DNA of 62,314 bases, counting the filler. It is 7 parts of 7 records of this genome, joined end to end, with 100 filler letters (N's around TTAATTAATTAA, not from the genome) between each part and the next. Parts side by side here need not be neighbours in the genome. Positions count along the whole stretch, not along the records: positions 12,753 to 25,982 come from DRR723986_10046; positions 26,083 to 32,004 come from DRR723986_10047; positions 32,105 to 38,814 come from DRR723986_10050; 4 more parts are not named here. One strand, 5' to 3'. Both the position numbers and the translations under genes were made by a program. Each line of letters opens with the position of its first letter. Positions within the stretch are counted from its first letter, which is position 1. Shown here one piece after another: positions 23,761 to 34,264 of the stretch. Under the pieces are notes generated by a model, which worked only from the letters and a program-made list of their open reading frames with translations, did no database searches and was not told the DNA's origin.

Positions 23761-24195
23761 TTAAGGAACGATCGTCACCGCGACCGGTGCGGCCTGCGCC
23801 AAGCTGCCTGCGACCGATCCGAACAGTCGCGACGACATGCTGGAATGACCGGTCCGGCCAATGATGATCTGGTCAGCGCCCGCTTCCTTGGCGATGCTGA
23901 CAAGCGTTTCGGCGATATGGCCATAGCGCAATGCCGTCGAAACCGCGATGCCGCTGGCTTTGACGCTTTCCACCACCGGGGCCAGGATCGCCTTTTCGGC
24001 GCGCTCCAGTTCTTCCCCGCGCCGCTTGTGACGCTCTTCCAGTTCTGTCGGGGTCAGAAAGGAATAGGGGGACCATTCCAGGACGTGGGCGATGACAATC
24101 TCGCCCTCCTGCTTCTTGGCTGCATTGACAGCGAAAGCCAGCGCCGAACGAGCGCTTTCGCTGCCGTCGAAGCCGACGATGATCTTATGGGACAT
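23761..24195 (-). CDS. Universal stress protein
   Basis: IIVGFDGSES...IIGRTG...FGSVA. Confidence 0.9.
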   Translation of the reverse strand: MSHKIIVGFDGSESARSALAFAVNAAKKQEGEIVIAHVLEWSPYSFLTPTELEERHKRRGEELERAEKAILAPVVESVKASGIAVSTALRYGHIAETLVSIAKEAGADQIIIGRTGHSSMSSRLFGSVAGSLAQAAPVAVTIVP

Positions 24196-24341
24196 TCATG
24201 CCTCCCTTTGGTTGTTTTTGCCTCCTCCGAGACAATCAAAGGATACCAATGGACAGTCGGGAAAGGTTCTCGTATTTCTTGCACAAGAAGAAAATTTGCG
24301 AAAAATATTGGGTTATTCGTTAGAATGAGGGAAAATTTCCG

Positions 24342-24797
24342 ATGGACAAACTGGACACGAAAATTCTTTCCGTTTTGCAGAGAGATGGTCAGATTTCCAT
24401 GGCCCGGTTGTCGGAACATGTGGGCCTGTCGCTGTCAGCCTGCCATCGCCGCGTGAAACTGCTGGAAAGCAGCGGCAGGATTGCCAACTACGCCGCACGG
24501 CTCAGCCGCAAGGCCGTGGGGCTTGAAATCCAGATCTTCATCGAGGTCAAGCTGACCAGTCAGCGAAAGGAACATATCACCGCTTTCGAGGACGCGATCC
24601 GGCACATGCCGGAGGTTCTGGAATGCCATATGATCTCGGGTGAGTTCGACTATCTGATCCGTCTCGCGGCGCGAAATACCGAGGCCTATGAGAAGCTGTA
24701 TCGGGACCGGCTGTCGGAAATTCCGTCAGTTACGCAGATGAAGACGCTGCTCAGCCTGTCCACGGTGAAGGAGTTTCAGGGCTATCACCTGGAGTAG
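24342..24797 (+). CDS. Lrp/AsnC family regulator
   Basis: MDKLDTKILSVLQRDG HTH; ECHMISGEFDY. Confidence 0.93.
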   Translation: MDKLDTKILSVLQRDGQISMARLSEHVGLSLSACHRRVKLLESSGRIANYAARLSRKAVGLEIQIFIEVKLTSQRKEHITAFEDAIRHMPEVLECHMISGEFDYLIRLAARNTEAYEKLYRDRLSEIPSVTQMKTLLSLSTVKEFQGYHLE

Positions 24798-24800
24798 CGG

Positions 24801-25778
24801 TCAGGACACCGGGAAGGGCGCGCCGAATTCTCCGCACAGCGGCGTTTCCACGAAATCTGACAATGCCTCACGGCCAGATACCGTTGCCAGCGCGAGGGAA
24901 AGCTTGGCATAGGCGGCCTCCAGAGTCATGTCGCGCCCGTCGATCACCCCGTGATCCAGCAGCACCGCCCCGGCCGCGTAGTGGCCAAGTGATGTGCCGC
25001 CAGCCAAGGTTTCGCTGACGGCCACCACGGGAATGCCCCGTTCGGCAGCGCGCGCCAATCCCTGTTCCAACAACGGATCGTCCGGCACGGTGCCGCTGCC
25101 ATAGCAGCGCAGAACCACGCCGTCGCTGTGATCCATCGCGAAACCCACCACCCGCATGTCACAGCCGGGCGCTACGGGGACAACGGCAATCCGGGCTTGT
25201 CCGAACCAGTGCTGTCGCAGCGTGTCGCCCTCGCGGCGCGGGGGTCTGTCCGACAGCATCGCGGAAAATGCATCGGGGGCAGAGCTGTGGATCTTTCGCG
25301 CCCTCGGCCCGCGCAGCAGTTTACCCGCGAACTGGATCCAGACACCGGGTTCAGCGGTTTGGGTTGCCGCCAATGCATCGCGCAGGTTGGCCCACCCGTC
25401 ACTGTCCTGCCCGCCCAAAGGGATCATCGAGCCGGTCAGGATCACCGGCAGGTTCACCCCCTCCAGCGCCATGGTCAGGGCCGACGAGGTGAAGGCCAGC
25501 GTGTCGGTGCCATGAGTGATCAGGATCGCGCCATGATGATCTGCCCGCGCGACAATCTCAGCCGCCAGCCGGTTCCAGTCGGCAGGGGTGGCGTTGGCGC
25601 TGTCGATCAGGGGGTCGAGCCGGATGATCTCGACCCGCAGATCGGTGCCGCGCTCGGTCAACAACTGCTCCACCGCGGCTTCAACGACCCCAAGTTCGGG
25701 CATCAATCCACGACCTGTCGGAACCATCCCTATGGTGCCCCCGGTATGCAGAAGCAGGATCGACTCTCGCTTGGACAT
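24801..25778 (-). CDS. L-asparaginase (type I-like)
   Basis: TGGTIGM and THGTDTLA catalytic Thr motifs. Confidence 0.9.
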   Translation of the reverse strand: MSKRESILLLHTGGTIGMVPTGRGLMPELGVVEAAVEQLLTERGTDLRVEIIRLDPLIDSANATPADWNRLAAEIVARADHHGAILITHGTDTLAFTSSALTMALEGVNLPVILTGSMIPLGGQDSDGWANLRDALAATQTAEPGVWIQFAGKLLRGPRARKIHSSAPDAFSAMLSDRPPRREGDTLRQHWFGQARIAVVPVAPGCDMRVVGFAMDHSDGVVLRCYGSGTVPDDPLLEQGLARAAERGIPVVAVSETLAGGTSLGHYAAGAVLLDHGVIDGRDMTLEAAYAKLSLALATVSGREALSDFVETPLCGEFGAPFPVS

Positions 25779-25789
25779 GGCTGGCCTTT

Positions 25790-25982
25790 TCACGTTGCGG
25801 TTGCGCGCGCTTGGTGCGGGCTGATGCCCCTCAGGTCAAGGCCCGTCAAAACGCCCCCGCGAAAGAGATTGCTTTCAAACCGCTGAAAATCCGTGTATGG
25901 CCCCGCCATCTGAGACGTGATGCCTTTGACCCCGGGCGCATGAACAGGATTGGGGTCGGCGGCAATGGGGCCGCCATGCAAA
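25790..25982 (-). CDS. C-terminal fragment of an unidentified protein
   Basis: Frame open from the contig end to a stop just upstream of asparaginase. Confidence 0.45.
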
Positions 25983-26082
25983 NNNNNNNNNNNNNNNNNN
26001 NNNNNNNNNNNNNNNNNNNNNNNNNNTTAATTAATTAANNNNNNNNNNNNNNNNNNNNNNNNNNNNNNNNNNNNNNNNNNNN
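25983..26082. other. Artificial contig linker
   Basis: N-TTAATTAATTAA-N. Confidence 0.99.
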
Positions 26083-26213
26083 GCGCCAGCATCTACCCAC
26101 TTGGTGGCCATGTCGACGGGGTCGTCACCGAATACAGTAGAGTCTTCCATGCGGCCCTGGCGCAGTCTTACGCATTTGCCGTCTTTCAGATCGATAGCGG
26201 GGATAATCAGCAT
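26083..26213 (-). CDS. hisA: ProFAR isomerase, 3'-truncated
   Basis: [20 protein letters not shown]. Confidence 0.95.
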
Positions 26214-26848
26214 GTTCCGGTCCAGTTCGTAAAGTTTTCCAGCAACTGCAGCCCCGCCCGGGCACTTTTCTCAGGGTGGAACTGCACTGCAAAGATGTTG
26301 TCTCTCGCCACCGCTGCCGCCAGGTCGACACCATAATGAGTGCGGCCGGCCATGTCGGCGTTGCCTTTGGCTTCGGCATAGTAGCTGTGCACAAAGTAGA
26401 AGCGGTCGCCGTCCGGTATGTTGTGCCAGAGCGGGTGGTCCTGAGTGTGGTACACCTGGTTCCAGCCCATGTGGGGCACTTTCAGGCGTTCGTCGTTTTC
26501 AGTGAGGCTGTCGCCGAAGTAGCGGACTTCAGACGGGAACAGTCCGATACCTTCCACTCCGCCGTTTTCTTCGCTGCGGGCCATCAGGGCCTGCATGCCA
26601 ACACAGATGCCGAGGAACGGGCGGTCCTGGGAGACTTCTTTGACGAGTTCAACCACGCCCAAACGGTGCATTTCGGCCATGCAGTCACGGATGGCGCCCA
26701 CACCGGGCAGAATCACCCGGTCAGCTTCACGGATTTTGGCGGCATCGTCTGTAACCAGTACGGTGCAGTCCGGGGCCACGTGCTCCACGGCTTTGCGGGC
26801 GGAATGCAGGTTGCCCATGCCGTAGTCGATGATGGCGACGGTCTTCAT
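26207..26848 (-). CDS. hisH: Imidazole glycerol phosphate synthase glutaminase subunit
   Basis: [21 protein letters not shown]. Confidence 0.97.
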   Translation of the reverse strand: MKTVAIIDYGMGNLHSARKAVEHVAPDCTVLVTDDAAKIREADRVILPGVGAIRDCMAEMHRLGVVELVKEVSQDRPFLGICVGMQALMARSEENGGVEGIGLFPSEVRYFGDSLTENDERLKVPHMGWNQVYHTQDHPLWHNIPDGDRFYFVHSYYAEAKGNADMAGRTHYGVDLAAAVARDNIFAVQFHPEKSARAGLQLLENFTNWTGTC

Positions 26849-26875
26849 GGTGGTTCTATTCCTATCGGTGACCGG

Positions 26876-27469
26876 TTACAGGGCGCCTTTGGTGGACGGG
26901 GTGATGCCCGCCATGCGCTCGTCCATTTCAATCGCCATACGCAGTGCGCGGCCGAAGGCTTTGAACACGGTTTCGATCTGGTGATGGGTGTTCTTGCCCT
27001 TCAGGTTGTCGATGTGCAGGGTCACCATGGAGTGATTCACAAAGCCCTGGAAGAACTCTGCGAACAGATCGACGTCAAACCCGCCCACGCTGGCGCGGGT
27101 GTAGGGTACGTCCATGAGCAAACCGGGGCGGCCGGACAGGTCGATGACCACGCGTGACAAAGCTTCATCCAGGGGCACATAAGCGTGGCCATAGCGGCGA
27201 ATGCCTTTTTTGTCGCCCACAGCCTGCTTGAAGGCCTGGCCCAGAGTGATGCCGATGTCCTCCACGGTGTGGTGGTCATCGATGTGCAGGTCGCCCTTGC
27301 AGGTAATATCCAGATCCACCAAGCCGTGGCGGGCAATCTGGTCCATCATGTGTTCAAGGAAAGGCACACCGGTGTCGAAATTGGCTTTGCCGGTGCCATC
27401 GAGATTGATCTCGACGGTAATCTGGGTTTCGAGGGTATTGCGTTCTACCCGAGCCTTGCGTTCGGCCAT
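26876..27469 (-). CDS. hisB: Imidazoleglycerol-phosphate dehydratase
   Basis: DDHHTVED and NTHHQIE. Confidence 0.97.
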   Translation of the reverse strand: MAERKARVERNTLETQITVEINLDGTGKANFDTGVPFLEHMMDQIARHGLVDLDITCKGDLHIDDHHTVEDIGITLGQAFKQAVGDKKGIRRYGHAYVPLDEALSRVVIDLSGRPGLLMDVPYTRASVGGFDVDLFAEFFQGFVNHSMVTLHIDNLKGKNTHHQIETVFKAFGRALRMAIEMDERMAGITPSTKGAL

Positions 27470-27571
27470 GGAGACTCCGTTGAAAACTGGCTTGCTACCG
27501 TAAACTTTGTTTTCGGATTATACCTGTTAACTCAACTGGAGTCCCGCAACCGGATCAATCACCCTGATAGC

Positions 27572-28033
27572 TCAGAACGCTTTTTTCAGGTTGGCCATGT
27601 AGGTGTCCACGAGGCTGTTGAACTCGTGCTTGATCACCGGGCTGATGGCCAGCTTGAGCAGGCTCGGCAGGGGAACGGTCAGCTCTGCGCTGGTCTGGAA
27701 TCTTACTGCGGTAGCGTTGTCGCCCTTGGCACTCAGGGTCCAGGAACCACTGACAACCCCGTTGCCCTCGCCTTTGATGGGCGACCAGGTGATCTTGCCG
27801 GCCTCTTTGTCAGCGTGGTAGGTGCAGGCGTAAACCGATTGAATAGCGTGTTTGTCGACGCCCACTTTTTCCATTTCCCAGCGGTAGGCGTTATCGCCCA
27901 GGTCCACCAGTTTATCGACTTTTGGGAAGTGGCTGGCAGATTTGGGAACGTCTGCCAACAGATCGAAGACTTCATCATAGCTCGCCGGAATTTCCAGATC
28001 CCGGTTCAGCTCAATCGATACGGTAATGGCCAC
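27572..28033 (-). CDS. SRPBCC/CoxG-like protein
   Basis: EVFDLLADVP...HFP pattern, C-terminal helix; GAAGGAG RBS before GTG. Confidence 0.75.
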   Translation of the reverse strand: MAITVSIELNRDLEIPASYDEVFDLLADVPKSASHFPKVDKLVDLGDNAYRWEMEKVGVDKHAIQSVYACTYHADKEAGKITWSPIKGEGNGVVSGSWTLSAKGDNATAVRFQTSAELTVPLPSLLKLAISPVIKHEFNSLVDTYMANLKKAF

Positions 28034-28229
28034 AGCCGACTCCTTCTTATGTTTATTTGTGCCTCGGGGCTGGCTGCCCCGGCGGATAAGTTGGGGGTGT
28101 ATTTTGACCCAAGACTACCGCATTGTCATATTCCTGCACTGTTAATTTGCTAACCCTGCGTTATCCTTTGCTTTATTCACGCAATAAAACGCCGGCTACC
28201 AGCCTGCCGACAGGAAAAGGAACCCAGCC

Positions 28230-30455
28230 ATGAAAGCTATCCGCTATGCGATCTACGCCGTTATTGCGCTGCTGTTACTGGCAGTGGCCGCCGTCGCCAT
28301 TGCGGTTGCGGTGATCAACCCCAACGATTACAAACCCCAGATTGAAGCGGCTGTTGAGAAGCAGACCAATCTGGACCTGATGCTGGAGGGCGACATTGGC
28401 TGGTCTTTCATCCCCCTGGGCCTGGAGCTGAATCAGGTTGAGGCCAACCTGGACGGCGAACGGTTTGTCGCACTGGAGCAACTGATTGCCCAGATTGATT
28501 TCTGGTCTCTGATTGCCATGTCTCCACAGGTAAACACCTTCCTGCTGAGTGGCCTGGATGCACACCTGGAAGTTAACGAGCAGGGCGAAGGCAACTGGAC
28601 CCGGATAATGCGGGAGCAAACCGCCACCGCTGAGGCTGGCACCGCTGCTGCCGAACAACAACCCGCCCAGGAAACAGCCGAGCCTGAGACACAATCCGCC
28701 AGCGGTGAGGCTCTCAACTTTAATGTCGAGAACGTTGAAATCAGTAACGCCAGCGTTCACTACAACGATCTGAGCACCGGGCAGTCTGTTACGCTGGAAG
28801 ACTTCACGGTGACCGCCAGTGATATCACCCTCGGTTCCGAATTCCCCCTGGATATCCGCTTCCGCGTTGAAACCAGCCAGCCGCAGTTTGCGGTAGACGG
28901 CAGCATCAAGGCCCGCATCCAGGCAAACCAGGCGCTCAACGAATTTGCGGTATCTGGCCTGAACGCGGTATTTGATATGTCGGGCGAGCCGTTTGGTGGC
29001 GAATCGGTGACCGCAGAACTGGCCGGTTCCCTGGCCGCCAACCTGGAAAACGAAACCGCGTCCCTGAGCGACTTCTCCGCCAGCCTGGCCAATCTTAGCC
29101 TCAATACCAACCTGAATGTAAAAGGCTTTGGCGACAAACCGGCTCTGGACGGTCGCATTGAGATTTCCGAGTTTTCCCTGAAGGAGCTTCTCAACAATCT
29201 GGGGCAACCCGCCATTGAAACCACGGACCCTGAGGTACTGAAAGCGATCGCGCTATCGACCAACCTGGGTGGCGAGCCCGGCGTTGTCGCGCTGTCTGAC
29301 CTTGTCATTACCCTGGATGATACCCGCTTCAACGGTGGCGGCAGCTATAACCTCGCCACAGGTGGGCTGGTGTTCGACCTAGAGGGTGACAAGCTGAATG
29401 CTGATCGTTACCTGCCGCCCTCGGCCGAAGGCGATTCGCAAGGAGTAGGCAACGGGGACACACAGACCGACAGCAACACTCAAACAGCTGGGGCATCACA
29501 GCCTGAAACCGACCTGCTGCCACTGGAGACCCTGCGCACCCTGCTGCTGGACATTGATTTCGGCCTGGGCGAGCTGATTGTCAGCAACCTCACCATCAAC
29601 GACATCGCCGCCAGCACCACCGCCAAAGATGGACTGCTGCAAGTAGACGAATTCAGCGGCAAGCTCTATTACGGCAGCTTTGGCGCCAACGCCACCATCG
29701 ACGCCCGTACCGACACGCCGAAATGGCGAGTCCGCTCGGACGTTACCAACGTGCAGACGCTGCCGTTGTTAACCGATCTGGCCGAGGTAGACATGCTCTC
29801 TGGTGGTGCCAACCTGAAAGTGGCTGTCGATACCACTGGCAACCGGATTTCTGCCCTGCGTGAAAACGCCAACGGCGAGATCAGCTTTAACCTGGCCGAA
29901 GGCGAGTTCCGCCAGATGAACCTGACCCGTATGGCCTGCCAGGGTATCGCCCTCGCCAACCAGGAATCCCTGACGACCACTGACTGGGGCACGACTACCC
30001 CGTTCAACGACATGCGGGGCACACTGAAAATCGACGGTAACACCCTGAACAACACCGATCTGGTCGCGGCGCTTGCCGGTATGCGACTGGAGGGCAACGG
30101 CACCGTAGATCTTCAGCAAACCGACCTGGACTACGAACTCGGCCTGCGCATTGTTGGTGAAATTCACCGGGACGAAGCCTGTCGCGTGACCGAGTATGTG
30201 GAGAACGTTGTCATTCCCGTGGAATGCCGGGGCAACTTCGCCGAAGACCCAGCCGGCTTGTGTTCGTTTGACGGCTCCCGCTTCCGGGACACCCTGAAAG
30301 ACATTGCAGCCAACGCCGCCAAGGAAAAAGCCCGCGAAGAAGTGGATCGCGCCAAAGAAAAAGCAGAAGAGAAGGTGCAGGAGAAACTGAAAGAGAAGTT
30401 GGGCGAGGATGCCGGCGAGAAGGTGAAGGACGCCCTGAAGGGACTATTCAACTGA
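28230..30455 (+). CDS. asmA: AsmA family protein
   Basis: N-terminal anchor, NPNDYKPQI, LNADRYLP; upstream of mutY. Confidence 0.85.
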   Translation: MKAIRYAIYAVIALLLLAVAAVAIAVAVINPNDYKPQIEAAVEKQTNLDLMLEGDIGWSFIPLGLELNQVEANLDGERFVALEQLIAQIDFWSLIAMSPQVNTFLLSGLDAHLEVNEQGEGNWTRIMREQTATAEAGTAAAEQQPAQETAEPETQSASGEALNFNVENVEISNASVHYNDLSTGQSVTLEDFTVTASDITLGSEFPLDIRFRVETSQPQFAVDGSIKARIQANQALNEFAVSGLNAVFDMSGEPFGGESVTAELAGSLAANLENETASLSDFSASLANLSLNTNLNVKGFGDKPALDGRIEISEFSLKELLNNLGQPAIETTDPEVLKAIALSTNLGGEPGVVALSDLVITLDDTRFNGGGSYNLATGGLVFDLEGDKLNADRYLPPSAEGDSQGVGNGDTQTDSNTQTAGASQPETDLLPLETLRTLLLDIDFGLGELIVSNLTINDIAASTTAKDGLLQVDEFSGKLYYGSFGANATIDARTDTPKWRVRSDVTNVQTLPLLTDLAEVDMLSGGANLKVAVDTTGNRISALRENANGEISFNLAEGEFRQMNLTRMACQGIALANQESLTTTDWGTTTPFNDMRGTLKIDGNTLNNTDLVAALAGMRLEGNGTVDLQQTDLDYELGLRIVGEIHRDEACRVTEYVENVVIPVECRGNFAEDPAGLCSFDGSRFRDTLKDIAANAAKEKAREEVDRAKEKAEEKVQEKLKEKLGEDAGEKVKDALKGLFN

Positions 30456-31519
30456 TGCCGGACCGTTTTGCCGACAAACTGCTTCGCTGGTACGACCAAC
30501 ACGGCAGGCACGACCTGCCGTGGCATCACAACCGCAACGCTTACCGGGTGTGGGTGTCGGAGATCATGCTCCAACAGACCCAGGTAACTACGGTGATTCC
30601 CTACTTTGAAGCCTTCATGGCCCGTTTTCCCGATGTGCACGCCCTCGCCTCGGCGCCGGTCGATGATGTGCTCGGCCATTGGTCCGGCCTGGGCTATTAC
30701 GCTCGGGCACGCAACCTGCACAAGGCCGCAAAACAGGTAGTGGATGAGTTCGGCGGCGAATTCCCGTCCGACCAGCAACAACTCGAAAGCCTCACAGGGA
30801 TTGGCCGCTCTACCGCCGCCGCCATTGTCGCCCAGGCCTTTGAAAAACGCGCAACCATACTGGATGGCAACGTGAAACGTGTGCTGGCGCGCTACCACGC
30901 CGTGCCCGGATGGCCGGGACAGACTGCCGTGCTGAACCAGCTCTGGGTGCACGCGGAGAGCCACACGCCGGAAGCCCGGATCAAAGACTACACCCAGGCG
31001 ATCATGGACCTGGGCGCCATGGTGTGTACCCGCAGCAAACCCGGGTGCGAGACCTGCCCCGTGAACGATGGCTGCCTGGCCTACGCCCGTGACGAGATCC
31101 GCCTGTACCCCGGCTCAAAGCCCAAGAAGGAAAAACCGGAAAAAACCACCTGGATGCTGATCCTGGAGGATGCCGAAGGCCGTATTCTGCTGGAACGCAG
31201 GCCACCCAGCGGCATCTGGGGCGGCCTGTGGAGCCTGCCCGAACTTGACCCGGCCTACGGCACGGATGAACTGCAGGACGCCTGTGCCAGGGAGCTGGGG
31301 CTGAACTGCCACAACCCGGAACCCATCAGCGGTTTTCGCCACACCTTCAGCCATTATCATCTGCACATACAACCGGTACGCCTGCCCGTAACCGGTAACA
31401 CCCAGGTTGGCGATTCCGACCGCTTGCGCTGGCTGCACCGGGATGAAGCTCTCAACCTGGGACTGCCCGCCCCGATCCGCACCCTGCTGACGGAACCCGA
31501 GCAAGCCACGCTGCTGTAA
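30455..31519 (+). CDS. mutY: A/G-specific adenine glycosylase
   Basis: [22 protein letters not shown], 4Fe-4S cysteines. Confidence 0.96.
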   Translation: MPDRFADKLLRWYDQHGRHDLPWHHNRNAYRVWVSEIMLQQTQVTTVIPYFEAFMARFPDVHALASAPVDDVLGHWSGLGYYARARNLHKAAKQVVDEFGGEFPSDQQQLESLTGIGRSTAAAIVAQAFEKRATILDGNVKRVLARYHAVPGWPGQTAVLNQLWVHAESHTPEARIKDYTQAIMDLGAMVCTRSKPGCETCPVNDGCLAYARDEIRLYPGSKPKKEKPEKTTWMLILEDAEGRILLERRPPSGIWGGLWSLPELDPAYGTDELQDACARELGLNCHNPEPISGFRHTFSHYHLHIQPVRLPVTGNTQVGDSDRLRWLHRDEALNLGLPAPIRTLLTEPEQATLL

Positions 31520-31583
31520 TCAAGCCAAGGTGCCGGATGGTCTGTTATCATGCCGGCATACTGACCTCAGCACAGGAGCCGAC

Positions 31584-31856
31584 ATGAGCCGCACTGTATT
31601 CTGCCGCAAGTACCAGAAAGAACTGGAAGGCCTGGCCATGCCCCCGATGCCCGGCCCCAAAGGCCAGGATATCTACGAGAACGTATCCAAGCTGGCCTGG
31701 GAAGAATGGCAGAACCAGCAGACCATGCTGATCAACGAAAAACACCTGAACCTGATGGACGTGAACAACCGGAAATACCTGCAGGCGCAGATGGACCGGT
31801 TCTTCAACAACGAGCCGTTCGACCAGGCCGAAGGCTATGTACCGCCTGAAAAATAG
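31584..31856 (+). CDS. yggX: Fe(II)-trafficking / oxidative damage protection protein
   Basis: MSRTVFC...QTMLINE...EGYVPP; AGGAG RBS. Confidence 0.95.
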   Translation: MSRTVFCRKYQKELEGLAMPPMPGPKGQDIYENVSKLAWEEWQNQQTMLINEKHLNLMDVNNRKYLQAQMDRFFNNEPFDQAEGYVPPEK

Positions 31857-31916
31857 GACGATTGATCAAGGCCTGAACAACCGGCAAAAACTTCCGAAAA
31901 TTTTTGCCGGCCGGCC

Positions 31917-31953
31917 TTGACTCCAAAACCCTAAACCGGTTTAATAGCGCCCC
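31917..31953 (+). promoter_or_regulatory. Sigma-70 stable-RNA promoter with GC-rich discriminator
   Basis: TTGACT-N17-TTTAAT-AGCGCCCC; preceded by the inverted repeat CCGGCAAAAA/TTTTTGCCGG (31881-31910). Confidence 0.75.
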
Positions 31954-31975
31954 GTTGCAGCACACAGCTCAACAC

Positions 31976-32004
31976 GCCCGGATAGCTCAGTTGGTAGAGC
32001 AGGG
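31976..32004 (+). tRNA. 5' fragment of a tRNA, probably tRNA-Phe (anticodon not in contig)
   Basis: GCCCGGATAGCTCAGTTGGTAGAGCAGGG resembles the acceptor and D-arm of gammaproteobacterial tRNA-Phe. Confidence 0.8.
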
Positions 32005-32104
32005 NNNNNNNNNNNNNNNNNNNNNNNNNNNNNNNNNNNNNNNNNNNNTTAATTAATTAANNNNNNNNNNNNNNNNNNNNNNNNNNNNNNNNNNNNNNNN
32101 NNNN
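32005..32104. other. Artificial contig linker
   Basis: N-TTAATTAATTAA-N. Confidence 0.99.
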
Positions 32105-33416
32105 CACGCTTCTGGGCTTTGCGGGGGCCGATCTGCTGGAGGGCGGGGCGGGGGCCGACAGTCTGGACGGCGGCTCGGGCGACGACACGCTGCTCGGCGG
32201 CGCGGGCGAGGATACGCTCGGCGGCGGCGCAGGCGACGACACGCTCGAAGGCGGAGAGGATGACGACACCCTTGTGGGTGGCGATGGCGACGATCTGCTG
32301 CGGGGCGGCGCGGGCGACGACCTCCTGTCCGATCAGGACGAGGGCAGCAGCGAAAGCCGCGACACCATGGAGGGCGGCGCGGGCAACGACACGCTGGTCG
32401 CGCTTGAGGGCGACAACACGCTCTTGGGCGGGGAGGGCGCGGACCTCCTGTCGGCCAGCGATGGCGCCACGCTGATGCGGGGCGGCGCGGGCAACGACAC
32501 CCTGCTGGGGGCGCTGGGGGCGGCCGATGTCTTCTTCGGAGAGGATGGCGACGACCTGCTGCAAAGCACCAGCGAGGAAGGCGCCGAACTGGACGGCGGC
32601 GCGGGCAATGACACGCTCATGGCCAGCGGGGCCTTCAGCGACTTGCAGGGGGGCGAGGGGAACGACGTCATCACCTCGACCGGCTTCGAGGCGCTGCTGA
32701 ACGGCGGAGACGGCAACGACACGCTGACCGGGAACGACGTCGAGGACCTGCTGTTCGGTGGTGCGGGCAACGACCTCATCACCGGCAATGGCAACGCCTT
32801 CGGGGATGAGGGCAACGACACCATCGTCGGCGCCTTCGAAGGAGAAGGCGGGGCGGGCGACGATCTGCTGCGGGATGTGGAAGCTGCGGACGGAGGTGAC
32901 GGAAACGACCAGATCCTCAACTCCTGGGTCGGGCAGGGTGGCGCGGGCAACGATACGATCACCGGCGCCATCGAGGCCTACGGCGGCGCGGGCGACGATG
33001 TGCTGACCAATGTGGACTGGGGCCACGGGGACGCCGGCAACGACCTGATCGAGGCGCGGATCTTCGCCTCGGGCGGCGAGGGCGAGGATACCATCGCCTT
33101 CGATGTCACGTCCCTGCCATTCGGTGCCTTGGGCGGTCCCGGGGCGGATACCTTCGTCGTGGATGCCACCGACACGCCGGACAGGATCACGCGGATCGAC
33201 GACTTCGTGGCCATCGGCGCGGATGCGGACGTGATCACCATCGTCCTGCCCGCCGGGATGAGCATGGGCGACCTGTCCGTCATCGCCGACCCGGAGGAGC
33301 CACAGGATTCGCTTCTGATACGGGACGACGCCGGCTCTGCCACGGCAATCCTGCGCATCTCGGGTGGCGAGACGAGCGGCTTCGGCATCGGCAACGTGGT
33401 GGTGCTCTCGGAGTGA
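32105..33416 (+). CDS. RTX-type calcium-binding repeat protein, 5'-truncated
   Basis: Many GGxGxDxL nonapeptides; C-terminal DRITRIDDF resembling type I secretion substrates. Confidence 0.9.
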
Positions 33417-33515
33417 TGCTCGGCGGCGGTCCCGCCCGGCCCGCGCCTTGTGCCCGGTCCGGGCGGGGGCGCGGACTGGGGGCGATGCTGCCTTGTCGGT
33501 CCCGCTTGGGCGGTG

Positions 33516-33767
33516 TCAGCCCTGCGAACCGCTGCCGCGTCGTTGCAGTCGGGCCGCGCGGCCTCCGCGCCTTTGGGTCAGGGTTCCCTGACGGTCGGGC
33601 AGGGCGGCCATGACGCTGCGCCGCTCTTCGGGCGTCATGCGCGACCACCGCGCGATCTCGTCCAGCGAGCGGAAGCACCCGGTGCACAGCCCCGCCTCGG
33701 GGTGGATCAGGCAGAGCTTCACGCAGGGGCTCTCGATCTCCTGGCGTTTCCAGAGGGCGTCGGTCAT
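33516..33767 (-). CDS. DUF1289 family protein
   Basis: SPCVKLC...CTGCFRSLDEIARW. Confidence 0.88.
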   Translation of the reverse strand: MTDALWKRQEIESPCVKLCLIHPEAGLCTGCFRSLDEIARWSRMTPEERRSVMAALPDRQGTLTQRRGGRAARLQRRGSGSQG

Positions 33768-33777
33768 CGCGGTCCGT

Positions 33778-34248
33778 TCAGGCAGAGAGGTGGCGCAGGC
33801 GGTCCAGCGCCCCTTGCAGGATATACGAGGCGGCCACGTGGTCGATCACCTCGGCGCGACGCTTTCGAGAGGTATCCGCCTCCAGCAGGGCGCGTTCGGC
33901 GGCCACGGTGGACAGGCGCTCGTCCCAGAAGGCGATGGGCCCGTCCCAGAGCGCGGCAAAGTTGCGCGCGAAGGCCCGGGTCGACTGGCAGCGCGGGCCC
34001 TCGGTCCCATCCATGTTGCGCGGCAGGCCCAGAACCAGCCCGCCGATGCTGCGCTGCTTGAGGATCGCAAGGAGGCGTTCGGCATCCAGCGAGAACTTGC
34101 GGCGCTTCACGGTTTCCAGCGGCGTGGCGACCGTCCGGAAGGTGTCCGTGACCGCGACGCCGATGGTCTTGGTGCCAAGGTCGAGCCCCGCAAGCGCGGA
34201 CAACGGGCGCAGCGCGGCTGCGAAATCGGCAATCTCGTCATGGATCAC
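33778..34248 (-). CDS. ruvX: YqgF/RuvX pre-16S rRNA nuclease
   Basis: GLDLGTKTIGVA, GLPRNMDG, DERLST, DHVAASYILQ; GTG start after GGAGG. Confidence 0.93.
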   Translation of the reverse strand: MIHDEIADFAAALRPLSALAGLDLGTKTIGVAVTDTFRTVATPLETVKRRKFSLDAERLLAILKQRSIGGLVLGLPRNMDGTEGPRCQSTRAFARNFAALWDGPIAFWDERLSTVAAERALLEADTSRKRRAEVIDHVAASYILQGALDRLRHLSA

Positions 34249-34264
34249 GGGCGGGCCTCCGGCG

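Noticed and set aside
15989-31519. Two mutY genes in one window
   Set aside because: They lie on different contigs with alpha- and gammaproteobacterial gene contexts; not a duplication.
32105-33100. Repeated GGCGGCGCGGGCAACGAC DNA units resembling an array
   Set aside because: They encode RTX nonapeptides in frame; not CRISPR.
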